This document shows positions 37,075-47,355 of a stretch of DNA of 64,000 bases, piece by piece. A program made the position numbers and the translations under genes. Positions within the stretch are counted from its first letter, which is position 1; every line of letters starts with the position of its first letter. The stretch comes from Flavobacteriales bacterium (GTDB lineage: Bacteria > Bacteroidota > Bacteroidia > Flavobacteriales_D > Sanyastnellaceae), in assembly GCA_029242765.1 (NCBI GenBank), contig JAQWTJ010000004.1:72-64071 (forward strand), written 5' to 3'. The notes beneath the pieces were generated by a model. It did not search any database. It had not been told where the DNA came from and worked only from the letters and a program-made list of their open reading frames with translations.

Positions 37075-39393
37075 CTATTGGCGCTCCTCCATTTGACGGC
37101 GGCGCTCCTTCATATTTTCACGGGCGCGCTTCTTAAACTCGTCCCGCACTTCATTCGGGTCACGTGAAATGCCGCGCCCTGGACCGCTTCCTTCCCCAAA
37201 GGGCCGCCACCCCGGTGCAATTGCCTCGGGGTCGCGCTCAGTCAATGTCATTTCCTGCACCAAATGAGTGGCCCCGGCGTAAATGTCGATGACCCACAAT
37301 ATGTAGCGCACGTCCACCATGATATTGCGGCAGCGGTCGCCGTCAAAGCGGATGTCACTCATGGTGCTTTCCCAGGTGCGGTCAAAGTTCAAACCGACCA
37401 AATCGCCCGTACCGTTGAGCGTGGGACTACCCGAGTTGCCGCCAGTGGTGTGATTGCTCCCCAAGAAGCAAACACGCAAATCACCGCCTTGGGCGTACGG
37501 CCCGAACTCCTTCGCCCGAAGTTGGGCCACCATATCGGCCGGAAGATCAAACTCAGCATCGCCCGGAACGTACTTTTGCAGGATGCCAGCAGCCGTTGTA
37601 AACGGTTTGTAGGTCACCGCATCGCGGGGGTTGCTGCCCTCTACTTTTCCATAGGTCAGGCGCATGGTTGAATTGGCATCAGGCCAGAACGTGCTATCGG
37701 GGTACACGCTTTGAAACCCGCGCAACAACGTGCCCATATTCGCTGTAATCTCATCGTCTTTCTCAACGTAGGCGGGTCGCACCGAACTCAAATACGAATC
37801 CACTATCGAATTGCCCCAGCGAAAGGCAGGGTCCTTCACAAGTTTGGCGATTTTCTTGCGGTTTCCTGCAAGCAACATCTCCAACCAATCCGCCTCATTG
37901 TCAAGTACACTGCCTTCGAACAAGGCCTCTGCCACGACACGGGCATTTTGCCCACCTTTGTCCCAGTCCGCAAGCATTTCAGGCGGCGTCAAATCCGCCG
38001 GCATAAAGTCAAAATACAACGGCAACAACGCCGCAGTCACGCGCTGATCAATCGATGCGTTGTAGTCCTTGAAAAAAGCGTGTGCCTTTTCAGTTGAACT
38101 CGCCAAGATCTCTGTCCAAGCTGAATCCGAGGTCGTTTTGTCGGCTGCAGCATGAATCAAGTCCTTCGATCCGCGTGCAAAGGCTAATATTTCCGGGCCG
38201 TAGTAGTACATCTCAATGAGCAGCGAACGAGCCTCAGCAAAGGGTCTGCGGCCCTCATGGGCCTTTTTCAAATCGCCCATCACAGTCCTATACTCGTCCA
38301 GGCCTTCGGCAACGACTTTTCTGGAAAAACTCAGCTCAGCCTGACGCTTCTCACCCACAACACCGAAGGCAATCAATCCCTCGCTTTGTCCAATCCACTT
38401 CTTCCAAGCGTTGGAGATGCTGCTTTGCTTGGCCGCATATGCAATGCGGGTCGCATCATCGGCAGCCATGGCTGCATTGATCACCTCTAGGCTCGCCGTG
38501 CGCATGGCGATGCGCTGAGGGTTGATAACCTTCAAGAGATGCTCCACTTGAAATGAGGAGATGTAGCGCTCTGTGCGGCCGGGGAATCCGAAGACCATGG
38601 TGAAATCACCCTCTTCCAAGCCGTGAAGTGAGACGGGCAAATGGTGGAGTGGATTGAGCGGCACGTTGGTCGCATTTGGGTCGGCCGGCTGCTGGTCAGC
38701 GTCAGCGTAGATGCGGAACAAAGAAAAATCGCCGGTGTGGCGAGGCCACATCCAATTGTCGGTGTCGCCGCCGAACTTGCCTATGGCACTCGGTGGAGCG
38801 CCGACAAGGCGGACATCTCGGTACGTCTTCGAAACAATGAGAAAATGTTGGTTGCCGTACAGAAAATCGCGGATCACAGCATCGTTAGGGGTGCCATTGG
38901 TGGCGCCTGCGATGAGTTCATTGCGCAGGGTTGTCTCGGCTTCCTCGCCCTCAGCACGCGCTGCAGAAATGGCCTCGGTCACATCTTCGATGCGCACGAT
39001 AAAAGTAGCAGTAAGGTCGGGGTTCATCAGCTCCGATGCGCGGTCCAAGGCCCAGAAGCCGTCACGCAGGTAGTCGTTCTCAAGCGAGCTGTGAGTCTGG
39101 ATTTGAGCATAGCCGCAATGGTGATTAGTCAACAGAAGACCGTCCTGCGAAATCATACTTGCCGTGCAACCTCCGCCGAAATGGACAATGGCATCCTTGA
39201 GTGAGCCGCGGTTGATGGAATAAATGTCTTCAGCACTGAGTTTCAGCCCCATAGACTGCATATCACCTTCAACCGCTTGAAGTAGAGCGGGGATCCACAT
39301 GCCTTCGGTTGCTGAAGTTTTCAAGGGGGCCATCAGGGCCAATCCCATGAGCAGGAGCCCCGAGAAGAATTGCTTTGTTCCTTTTGATTGCAT
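37075..39393 (-). CDS. S46 family dipeptidyl-peptidase (DPP7/DPP11-like)
   Basis: Signal peptide followed by TEGMWIP. Catalytic His in LLLTNHHCG and catalytic Ser in TTGGNSGSPTLN. ATG at 39393. Confidence 0.85.
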   Translation of the reverse strand: MQSKGTKQFFSGLLLMGLALMAPLKTSATEGMWIPALLQAVEGDMQSMGLKLSAEDIYSINRGSLKDAIVHFGGGCTASMISQDGLLLTNHHCGYAQIQTHSSLENDYLRDGFWALDRASELMNPDLTATFIVRIEDVTEAISAARAEGEEAETTLRNELIAGATNGTPNDAVIRDFLYGNQHFLIVSKTYRDVRLVGAPPSAIGKFGGDTDNWMWPRHTGDFSLFRIYADADQQPADPNATNVPLNPLHHLPVSLHGLEEGDFTMVFGFPGRTERYISSFQVEHLLKVINPQRIAMRTASLEVINAAMAADDATRIAYAAKQSSISNAWKKWIGQSEGLIAFGVVGEKRQAELSFSRKVVAEGLDEYRTVMGDLKKAHEGRRPFAEARSLLIEMYYYGPEILAFARGSKDLIHAAADKTTSDSAWTEILASSTEKAHAFFKDYNASIDQRVTAALLPLYFDFMPADLTPPEMLADWDKGGQNARVVAEALFEGSVLDNEADWLEMLLAGNRKKIAKLVKDPAFRWGNSIVDSYLSSVRPAYVEKDDEITANMGTLLRGFQSVYPDSTFWPDANSTMRLTYGKVEGSNPRDAVTYKPFTTAAGILQKYVPGDAEFDLPADMVAQLRAKEFGPYAQGGDLRVCFLGSNHTTGGNSGSPTLNGTGDLVGLNFDRTWESTMSDIRFDGDRCRNIMVDVRYILWVIDIYAGATHLVQEMTLTERDPEAIAPGWRPFGEGSGPGRGISRDPNEVRDEFKKRARENMKERRRQMEERQ

Positions 39394-39444
39394 AGCGCGA
39401 AAGTAGTGTCGAGAATATAGTGGCGCGAAGGTAAATTGGCCGCG

Positions 39445-40491
39445 ATGAACACACCTGCTCCACACGACGCTGATTTTCGAAGCGACACGGTCACTCGCCC
39501 TTCCAAAGCCATGCTCGAGGCCATGATGGCAGCACCTACGGGCGATGACGTGTTCGGAGAAGACCCGAGCATCAACGAACTGCAGACCACAGTGGCCGGC
39601 CTCTTCGGATTCGAAGCGGCCTTGTTCTGCCCGTCAGGCACGCAGAGCAATCAAATTGCCATTGCGGTGCACACCAGACCCGGCGACGAGGTCATCTGCC
39701 ATCGGCTGTCGCATATCTACAACTATGAAGGCGGCGGAATCGCGCGGCTCAGCGGAGCTTCTGTACGCCTGATAGAAGGTGAGCATTGTGCACGAGGTGC
39801 GATGCCAGCCTCCGATGTCGCCCTTCAAATCAATCCCGACGACAGCCATTTCGCCCGCACTGCACTAGTAAGCGTGGAAGACACCTGCAACAAAGGCGGC
39901 GGCGCCATCCAAAATCGCGCCCAGCTCGCCGAGCTTTCTAGGCTTTGCAGATCCCGGAAACTTCCGCTCCACCTCGACGGCGCGCGCGCCTGGAACGCCT
40001 TGTCCGCTAGCCCCACCGACTGGGCCAACTACGGGCAGCAGTTCGACTCCATCTCGTTGTGCTTCTCAAAAGGACTGGGTGCCCCAGCCGGCTCCCTCCT
40101 GCTCGGTTCGGAGGCATTCATCGCCCAAGCCCACCGGCAACGGAAGGTCATGGGCGGGGGCATGCGCCAAATTGGACTCTTGGCTGCGGCCTGCACGCAC
40201 GCACTCAATCACCATTTCGAAGGCCTCGCAGACGACCACACCCGGGCTGATGAGCTCGGCTCAGCCTTGGCCAGTCACCCCCAAATCCAAGCCGTCTTGC
40301 CGGTCGACACGAACATCGTCATCGCCCAGCTCGCCCACGGACGCACCCCCGACGAGTTCCTCTCTCATATTGCTCAAACAGGCATCTGGGGCTATCCCTT
40401 CGGACCGGACCGCGTCCGCTTTGTCACGCACCGCGACATCTCTGACGACCACCTCAATCGAGCCGTCGCCGCCATCGCCTCCTGGTCCTAA
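39445..40491 (+). CDS. ltaE: low-specificity L-threonine aldolase
   Basis: DFRSDTVTRPSKAMLEAMMAAPTGDDVFGEDPSINELQ and the PLP-lysine region SLCFSKGLGAPAGS. Confidence 0.85.
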   Translation: MNTPAPHDADFRSDTVTRPSKAMLEAMMAAPTGDDVFGEDPSINELQTTVAGLFGFEAALFCPSGTQSNQIAIAVHTRPGDEVICHRLSHIYNYEGGGIARLSGASVRLIEGEHCARGAMPASDVALQINPDDSHFARTALVSVEDTCNKGGGAIQNRAQLAELSRLCRSRKLPLHLDGARAWNALSASPTDWANYGQQFDSISLCFSKGLGAPAGSLLLGSEAFIAQAHRQRKVMGGGMRQIGLLAAACTHALNHHFEGLADDHTRADELGSALASHPQIQAVLPVDTNIVIAQLAHGRTPDEFLSHIAQTGIWGYPFGPDRVRFVTHRDISDDHLNRAVAAIASWS

Positions 40492-40621
40492 CCTCTCGGC
40501 AATCAAAACATCTTTTTTACAATGGTGGGCACTGGGAATACTCCCCATTGGAACGCTTGCCACTTTCAAGAAGTGGCATGTTTCATGCACTCAAACCACT
40601 GATGAAAGCCGGCGCTGTGGC

Positions 40622-42565
40622 TTAGCGCCGAACCAAGTGCTGAACCGCCCTCTTACCATCGGCAAGCTCCACGTGAAGCTGGTAACTTCCCGGCGCTATA
40701 CTGGCCGCCGGAACCGTCCAGGTAGACGAAACTGCAATACCGCTAGCTACACGTTGCCCGACCGCGTCAAGCAAGTACCAATTGGTCTTCGAAACGCCTG
40801 TAGAGGCCGCCAAGCCTGATGTATTTGTCAAACTGACCAGTTCGACTTTCCAAGCATCTGCAGTAGGGTTCGGGCCAACTTTCAAGGCCGACGAACCGCC
40901 CAGTTCACCCACACCATTCGAGCAATCAAAGACCGTCACGAAAATGGCGTCAGCGTAAGAGCAGCCCACATCATTGGAGGCCGTCAACACATAACTGTAT
41001 GTGCCCGCTCCCAAAGCTTGGCCATCAACCACAATGAATTGATCTACAGAACCTGTACTCCATTCATACGACAAGCCCGCAGGAGCGTAGAGAAGTAATG
41101 TTTCATTGTTGCAAATTGTCGTGTCTGCGCCCAAGGAAAATGAGAACGCATCGCCCTGCTCGACCAGCTCAAAATCGATGCTCACCGAACAACCATTGGC
41201 GTCTACAACCGAGACCTCATAAGTACCGACATCCAGCCCTTCAAGCCCCATTCCGTCACCCAAATCGCCATCGGGCCCAGTCCAAGCGTACTGATACTGA
41301 CCGGCGCCTCCTGATGCGTCAATAGATGCCCAACCATCCATAGAATCAGGGCAGCCAGGACCCTCAAACTGTAAATTGCTTACCAACTCTTCAACCTCGT
41401 CGAAGGTGACGCTGTATGACATCACCGAGCCACAGGACGTTGAAATCAAAGCTGAGTACGAGCCGAAATTGAGCCCCGTAAGCTGCCAATCCTCTGAAGC
41501 AAAACCGCCCGACCCAATCCAAGCCACGTCGTAGTCCGATCCTGTGCCTGTCATGTTTAACACCACATAACCGGAGGGGTCCTCACCGTCTCCGATTGCG
41601 CATTGAAGACCGCCTGTTGCCGCTGACAATTCAGCCTCCACTGCAGAAGAGGCCACCGAGACAGCCACCGTTCCATCACTGCCTTGCCAACCGTCAATTT
41701 GAATCAAATACGTTGCACCAGGCTCCAAGCAGCCCGTCCACAGGCGGCTGGCATAATACGCCCCCGGGCCGCATCCTCCAGGTATGTCATCGTTTGCACT
41801 GAGCAACTCGTACGTGCTGAAGTCGCCGCAATCATCAGCCTTCCACAAAGCCACCTGCGTGTCAAAATCGGTGGAGTCATGGCAGAGGTTGACCTCGCAA
41901 TTGCCCTCCTGCGCAACGAATGTGAGCCAAGCCGTTTCGCTCAGGCCCGACTCGCACCAAGCACCGCCAATGCTACAGGAATACACAGCAGACACAGGAG
42001 GAGAAGGCTCACCGAAGGCGGCCATGCACTCGCCTGTTTCCAGAATCAAAGTGTCGCCGTTCACCTCGATCGGCAGTGCGCCGCATGGCGAATCATAAGC
42101 AGGAGCCGACAGTTCGCCCACCACAAAAGACCAATCATTGCCATCACCTGTGCCAACATAGGTGCCGGCCAAAATGCCTTCGAAAAACAACTCGAAAAAC
42201 AAGCCTCCATCGCCGTAAGAGTCAATGTGAACTAGGTGCAAGGTGTCGCCCGTTGCAGCACACAAACTGTCCTCAACAACGATAATATTGCTGTCATATC
42301 CGTTGCCGCCTTGCACGTCCCCGTCGCCATTGCAACCGACGTCTTCAATATTTCCACCTTCAAAAATCAGGCTGTCGGCGCACAACATATTGTTCGGTAC
42401 AATGGCCCAATACGATTCGTAGCCCCAGGCGTCCGTATGGATTTCCAATGACATCGCCGTCTGCCCCTCAGGGCAGATTTGCGCATTCAACACATTCAAC
42501 AATCCAAACTGCACAAAGGCAGCACCCAGAATCAGCCCACAGGCTTTTGCAATTTTTTGGTTCAT
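40622..42565 (-). CDS. secreted Cys-rich protein with T9SS type A CTD
   Basis: Signal peptide MNQKIAKACGLILGAAFVQFGLLNVLNAQ. It has a DSYGDG module, a PPC-like module and SprB-like repeats (GPGCPDSMDGWASIDASGGAGQYQYAW). The CTD is LKVGPNPTADAWKVEL...PGSYQLHVEL...HLVRR. Confidence 0.7.
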   Translation of the reverse strand: MNQKIAKACGLILGAAFVQFGLLNVLNAQICPEGQTAMSLEIHTDAWGYESYWAIVPNNMLCADSLIFEGGNIEDVGCNGDGDVQGGNGYDSNIIVVEDSLCAATGDTLHLVHIDSYGDGGLFFELFFEGILAGTYVGTGDGNDWSFVVGELSAPAYDSPCGALPIEVNGDTLILETGECMAAFGEPSPPVSAVYSCSIGGAWCESGLSETAWLTFVAQEGNCEVNLCHDSTDFDTQVALWKADDCGDFSTYELLSANDDIPGGCGPGAYYASRLWTGCLEPGATYLIQIDGWQGSDGTVAVSVASSAVEAELSAATGGLQCAIGDGEDPSGYVVLNMTGTGSDYDVAWIGSGGFASEDWQLTGLNFGSYSALISTSCGSVMSYSVTFDEVEELVSNLQFEGPGCPDSMDGWASIDASGGAGQYQYAWTGPDGDLGDGMGLEGLDVGTYEVSVVDANGCSVSIDFELVEQGDAFSFSLGADTTICNNETLLLYAPAGLSYEWSTGSVDQFIVVDGQALGAGTYSYVLTASNDVGCSYADAIFVTVFDCSNGVGELGGSSALKVGPNPTADAWKVELVSLTNTSGLAASTGVSKTNWYLLDAVGQRVASGIAVSSTWTVPAASIAPGSYQLHVELADGKRAVQHLVRR

Positions 42566-42630
42566 GTCGCAATGTAATCACACCACTTCAATGCACGCCT
42601 TCTGCATTGCTTGCCGTAATTTCGCGCCCC

Positions 42631-43395
42631 ATGTTGGTTCTGCTCTCTCCAGCCAAGTCCTTTAAAAAGGCCAATGCCACTACGGCTGCAGGTGGTTCAC
42701 AGCCCATTTTTCTAAATGAGGCTGAACAGCTTGTCGACAGCTTATCAAAGCTCAGCACTCCCGAGATTGAAACGCTCATGAGTGTGAATCCGGAAATTGC
42801 TGCCACCAACTTTGAGCGCTACCAGCGCTGGGAACGGCCCTTCCACCCTGGAAATTCTGAACCTGCAATTCTCGCTTTTGACGGCGAAGTATACCGCGGT
42901 TTGGCCGCTGACAAGTGGGGCGTGCAAGATCAAGAATTTGCTCAGCGCCACTTGCGCATTTTAAGCGGCCTGTATGGCGTACTGCGCCCCAATGACCTCA
43001 TTCAGCGCTACCGACTCGAAATGGGAAGTAAGTTGGTGCTCAACGGAGAAGGCAATTTGTATAGCTTCTGGGGGGATCGTATCGCTAGGCAATTGGCCGA
43101 CGAATCGGACGGCCCCATCATCAACCTGGCCAGCAACGAATACATCAAATCGGTCGTGGGCATCAAGGACCGCTTGATCCCATGCCACTTCAAGGACCGC
43201 AAAGGCGATGAGTACAAGACTTTGATGACTTATGCCAAACACGCCCGTGGTGCCATGGCTAGGTTCATTGTAAAGAATCGTATTGACAGGCCAGAAGGAT
43301 TGGCCGAATTCAATGAGAATGGATACACATTCCGCCCGGATTTCTCCGACAAAACGCAAATGACCTTCGTGCGGGACGAACAAATAAAATCATGA
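42631..43395 (+). CDS. yaaA: peroxide stress protein YaaA (UPF0246/DUF328)
   Basis: The ATG at 42631 gives MLVLLSPAKSF... Other motifs are AFDGEVYRGL, LRILSGLYGVLRPNDLIQRYRLEM and MTYAKHARGAMARFIV. Confidence 0.85.
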   Translation: MLVLLSPAKSFKKANATTAAGGSQPIFLNEAEQLVDSLSKLSTPEIETLMSVNPEIAATNFERYQRWERPFHPGNSEPAILAFDGEVYRGLAADKWGVQDQEFAQRHLRILSGLYGVLRPNDLIQRYRLEMGSKLVLNGEGNLYSFWGDRIARQLADESDGPIINLASNEYIKSVVGIKDRLIPCHFKDRKGDEYKTLMTYAKHARGAMARFIVKNRIDRPEGLAEFNENGYTFRPDFSDKTQMTFVRDEQIKS

Positions 43396-44087
43396 AAACC
43401 ACAATTTTACTCACCACCGCCATTATCGGCCTCTCATTTACCGCGCTCTCTAGCTGCTCGGTCAAAGGACAAAACCAATCCAACTCAAACATCATGGAAA
43501 CCCAAACCGATTCGATGAGCTATGCCCTGGGCATCCTCTTCGCCAACAACCTGATTTCTCAAGGAATCACCGACTTTGATTCGGATATGATTGCCAAGGG
43601 ATTCGCTGATGTTGCTGCCGAAGCCGCCACCATGACAACCGACCAAGCGAACGAAATCATGCGCAACATCATGCAATCGCGTGAAGCTGCAGAAGGCGAG
43701 GCGAACTCTGCCGAAGGTGCTGCATTCCTTGCTGAAAACGGAAAAGCCGAGGGCGTAGTGACCACCGACTCTGGATTGCAATACCGTGTCGACCGCGAAG
43801 GAGATGGTGCCAGCCCTACAGCCAGTGACAATGTCACGGTGAACTACCACGGCACATTGATTTGCGGCACAGTTTTCGACAGCAGCTATGACAGAGGACA
43901 GCCTGCTTCATTTGGATTGAGTCAAGTGATTTCAGGCTGGACTGAAGGCCTGCAGACCATGAAGATCGGCGGACAAACCACCTTCTACATCCCCTCAGAG
44001 CTCGCCTACGGATCTCGCAAAACGGGCGAAGTGATCGGTGCCAACTCCACCTTGATCTTCAAGGTCGAGCTGATTAGCATCGACTGA
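43392..44087 (+). CDS. FKBP-type peptidyl-prolyl cis-trans isomerase (FkpA/Mip-like lipoprotein)
   Basis: Lipobox LSSC. The FKBP core is VTVNYHGTLICGTVFDSSYDRGQPASFGLSQVISGWTEGLQTMKIGG...IPSELAYG. Confidence 0.85.
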   Translation: MKTTILLTTAIIGLSFTALSSCSVKGQNQSNSNIMETQTDSMSYALGILFANNLISQGITDFDSDMIAKGFADVAAEAATMTTDQANEIMRNIMQSREAAEGEANSAEGAAFLAENGKAEGVVTTDSGLQYRVDREGDGASPTASDNVTVNYHGTLICGTVFDSSYDRGQPASFGLSQVISGWTEGLQTMKIGGQTTFYIPSELAYGSRKTGEVIGANSTLIFKVELISID

Positions 44088-44253
44088 GCGCTTACAGCAT
44101 TGCTGCTGAGTGGGCGAAAGAAGAAATTTTGGACGTCCATATGAACAAATACCACCCCGGTCGTTGAAATATTTAATTTCGACGACTTTGACTCGGAAGG
44201 CTGTAACCTAAACTTGTGGTCTGGAGTATGCTCAAGCAGCAATCCTCCTGACC

Positions 44254-46470
44254 ATGCGTTGTATTTCCGAGTCCTTTGTTCGTGCATTTTCGCTGACACT
44301 TTTGTCGGCATCGGTTTTGGCCCCCTTCGCATCCGCGGCACAACAATCTCAGACTAGCGAAACAACAGCTTTTACGCAGACTTGTGCCACCGACGCCTTG
44401 CAAGCGGATTTACTTGACAGCTCTTCGGAGTACGCCCGATCTTGGACCGCCTTTGAAACGGCTATGAAAGCCCGCACTGACGCACCGGCCTCAAGCCGCT
44501 CAGTGTTGGATGGCATCGTCACCATTCCCACAGTCGTCCACATCATGCACGACGGGACCGCAGAGGGCGTGGGCGGCAACGTGCCCGACGCGCAAGTGAC
44601 TGCTGCGATTGACGCTTTGAACGCCGATTTTTCTGGCCAGCCTGGCGGTGCCGATGTGGAAGTGCAGTTTTGTCTGGCCTCTCGTGCCCCCTCAGGCGAA
44701 CCCACCAACGGCATAGTACGCTTCGACATGAGCGTGCCGTTTCCCAGCTACTCGCAAACCGGCTTGATCACCCCACCCGGTGGAGGCGTCCCAACGGAAA
44801 TGGACATGAAGTCCTTGAGCAATTGGGAAGGCGAGGATTACTTGAATATTTGGGTGGTGCCGCAGATGAATTCGGGAGGAAATCCCTTGGGCTATGCTTA
44901 CATGCCCCCCATAACGGGCCTTCTCGACGGCGTGGTGCTGCGAGCTGATGTTTTTGGCGCTAACCAGCGCACCCTGACCCACGAAGTGGGCCACTACCTC
45001 GGCTTGTACCACACCTTCAACGGAACGAGCAGCTGCTCGACTGTGGAGCCGGACTGCTCGATGTACGGGGACCGCGTGTGTGATACGCCACCAACAACTA
45101 CAGGCTGGAGTTGCACTGCGGGCTGCCCTGAAGGCTTGGCTGAGAATTTCATGGATTACACCTCCGATGCGTGCATGAGCGCATTCACCGAAGGCCAGCG
45201 CACACGAATGCGTGCGGCCATAGCAGAACACCGCGCCACCTTGCTGGAGAGCATCGGATGCTGGGCCCCCAGCACCGACGACGTGGGTGCCGTAGCCATT
45301 GCTTCCCTTGGGGAGTCCACGTGCAACCCCGACGTGAGTGCTGAAGTGGAAATATTCAACTACGGCACAGACATACTGACGTCAACGACAATCGAATTCC
45401 AACTCGACGCAAGCCCTTTGGGCACCGTGGAATGGTCTGGAACGCTTGCGCCAGGCACGTCAACAGCTGTGGCATTGCCCACATTGGCGGCCGGCTACGG
45501 CGCACACAATCTGCAGGTCTGGGTCTCCCTTCCCAACGGCAACAGCGACGGCTACGCCGACAACAATCAAATCACACACGCCTTCACCGTGGATGCGGGG
45601 GAACAACTGGCTTTCACATTGCACACCGACGCCTCACCCATGGAGACGAATTGGACCTTGACGAACGATTCCACGGGGACGGCTTTTCTTTCTGGCGGCA
45701 ACTACGACAACGGCACCGACGCGAATCAGACCTTGAGTTACGGCGGATGCGCCGTGGGCGGATGCTACACCCTGACGATCACAGACTTGTTCTCTGACGG
45801 TTTGGGCTTGTGGCCGAACGGTTGGTACACCTTGACCTTGGGCGACGGCACAATACTCGCCGAGGGTTCGGGCGATTTCGGCGCCCAAGTTGAGCACCAC
45901 ATTTGCTTTGACGGCAGCCTCTTCGAGGGCTGTGAGGACGAGAATGAAAACGGCATCTGCGACGATGCTGAAGCGGTTGACGAGGCCGACCCTTTGTCCG
46001 GATGCACAGACCCGTCGGCGTGCAACTATGCCGCTGCTGCAGACGTGGACAATGGCAATTGCGTGTTTGCGGAAGAGGGACTGGACTGCGATGGCAATCC
46101 GTCCAATGCGACCTTTGACCCGGCAGCAGGTCCAAGCGAGCAAGGCGAAGTGGACGGAGTCGGCGAAATTGGCACAGCTGCTGACTTGGGCAACCGAATC
46201 AAGCTCAACTGGACACTCGCCCCCAACCCCACAAATTCAGGCCGGTTGGTTGCATTGGGGCTGCCGATTTCTGGCCCCTACACTCTGCGTGTTCTGGATA
46301 CAACCGGGCGACTCATCGCCGAAAGTCGACTTGAAGCGACGGACTTTAGTGACGGGGCTCGACTCGAATGGACCGGTTGGTCCTTGCCAGCCGGCTGCTA
46401 CTTGATAGGGCTGACGCCGGAAAGAGCTGCTGAGGAAGTCTTACCGTTCAAGCGACTGACCGTCCAATAA
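44254..46470 (+). CDS. M43 (pappalysin/cytophagalysin-like) zinc metalloprotease with T9SS type A CTD
   Basis: LTHEVGHYLGLYHTF followed by GDRVCDTPP. Downstream are a TD..ETNW/DLFSDG module and a Cys mini-module. The CTD is LNWTLAPNPTNSG...LPAGCYLIGL...KRLTVQ. Confidence 0.8.
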   Translation: MRCISESFVRAFSLTLLSASVLAPFASAAQQSQTSETTAFTQTCATDALQADLLDSSSEYARSWTAFETAMKARTDAPASSRSVLDGIVTIPTVVHIMHDGTAEGVGGNVPDAQVTAAIDALNADFSGQPGGADVEVQFCLASRAPSGEPTNGIVRFDMSVPFPSYSQTGLITPPGGGVPTEMDMKSLSNWEGEDYLNIWVVPQMNSGGNPLGYAYMPPITGLLDGVVLRADVFGANQRTLTHEVGHYLGLYHTFNGTSSCSTVEPDCSMYGDRVCDTPPTTTGWSCTAGCPEGLAENFMDYTSDACMSAFTEGQRTRMRAAIAEHRATLLESIGCWAPSTDDVGAVAIASLGESTCNPDVSAEVEIFNYGTDILTSTTIEFQLDASPLGTVEWSGTLAPGTSTAVALPTLAAGYGAHNLQVWVSLPNGNSDGYADNNQITHAFTVDAGEQLAFTLHTDASPMETNWTLTNDSTGTAFLSGGNYDNGTDANQTLSYGGCAVGGCYTLTITDLFSDGLGLWPNGWYTLTLGDGTILAEGSGDFGAQVEHHICFDGSLFEGCEDENENGICDDAEAVDEADPLSGCTDPSACNYAAAADVDNGNCVFAEEGLDCDGNPSNATFDPAAGPSEQGEVDGVGEIGTAADLGNRIKLNWTLAPNPTNSGRLVALGLPISGPYTLRVLDTTGRLIAESRLEATDFSDGARLEWTGWSLPAGCYLIGLTPERAAEEVLPFKRLTVQ

Positions 46471-47355
46471 AGGGTAGACCAGTTCGATATGCTGTCGGCA
46501 ACTTGGCAGTGAATCCGACCAATACGCGCTGCCATACACTTCGAATGGGTGGCCATTCAAACGGATCCCTTCCCGAGCTGATTTCGCGTACAATGCTCCC
46601 CAAGCCTCGCCTGTCAAATGCTGCGGGCCGTAATGGTCGACAATCCACGCGGTGGTCGCAGCACGCTGATAGACCGTCAGTCCGGAGTCTTCTACAGGCA
46701 TCTGCTCGACGGCCATAGCATACAACAGCCCCAGTGTTTCCGTGGCCGGGTCGTAGGACTGAATGAAAGCCGTCATGGGCGCATACGGGCCAGAAACAGG
46801 CATGCGCGAAACCAAGCGGTCATGCATATTTCTTGAAATCTCCCCACTTTCCAAGTCGGCGTCGGCAACTCTTGTCAGTGTAAAACCCGCGTACAACTGA
46901 CCATCGAGACTTTGAGTCCGAACAGTGCACCAATCCTCACCCTTGAAGTCCTCTGCCATTGCGGCCATCTCTTTATCAAATTTTTCTGAAATAGCTGCCT
47001 CTGCATTGCCTAAAACAAGCATGCCCCGGGTGATAAATGGCGCGTCATCTTGGCGGTATGAACGAGTCACTTTCGTGCTGGACGTGTCCTGCTCTATGCG
47101 CCATGTTTCCAGCCCGTTGAGTCTCTCGTCGACTTGCAATTCGAAAACCACTTCATGGCAATCATCACGGACCAATCGGCGCGTGCATTGCCCCTCCCCG
47201 CCCATTTGAAGAACGTCAGAGTAGACCCGGCTCTGGGAGGCCGGAAGTTCTACCGTTGCCCGAATTTCAAGTGAAGCCGGTCCCGCAATGCAGAGCAGGA
47301 GATACGAACCGATCAACACTCCTAGAGCGGGCAAAAGAAGGCGCAGCCACGTCAT
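46441..47355 (-). CDS. membrane-anchored hypothetical protein (SRPBCC-like N-half, GyrI-like C-half)
   Basis: N-terminal TM helix LLLPALGVLIGSYLLLCIAG. The C-terminus GHPFEVYGSAYWSD...IELVYPL resembles GyrI-like effector-binding domains. ATGA overlap with the upstream GT2 gene. This is a weak call. Confidence 0.45.
   Translation of the reverse strand: MTWLRLLLPALGVLIGSYLLLCIAGPASLEIRATVELPASQSRVYSDVLQMGGEGQCTRRLVRDDCHEVVFELQVDERLNGLETWRIEQDTSSTKVTRSYRQDDAPFITRGMLVLGNAEAAISEKFDKEMAAMAEDFKGEDWCTVRTQSLDGQLYAGFTLTRVADADLESGEISRNMHDRLVSRMPVSGPYAPMTAFIQSYDPATETLGLLYAMAVEQMPVEDSGLTVYQRAATTAWIVDHYGPQHLTGEAWGALYAKSAREGIRLNGHPFEVYGSAYWSDSLPSCRQHIELVYPLLDGQSLER

Noticed and set aside
40079-40819. 246-aa plus-strand ORF overlapping the 3' half of ltaE and the downstream gene's end.
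   Set aside because: It is out of frame with the strongly supported threonine aldolase. The Pro/Ser/Thr/Arg-rich translation has no motif.
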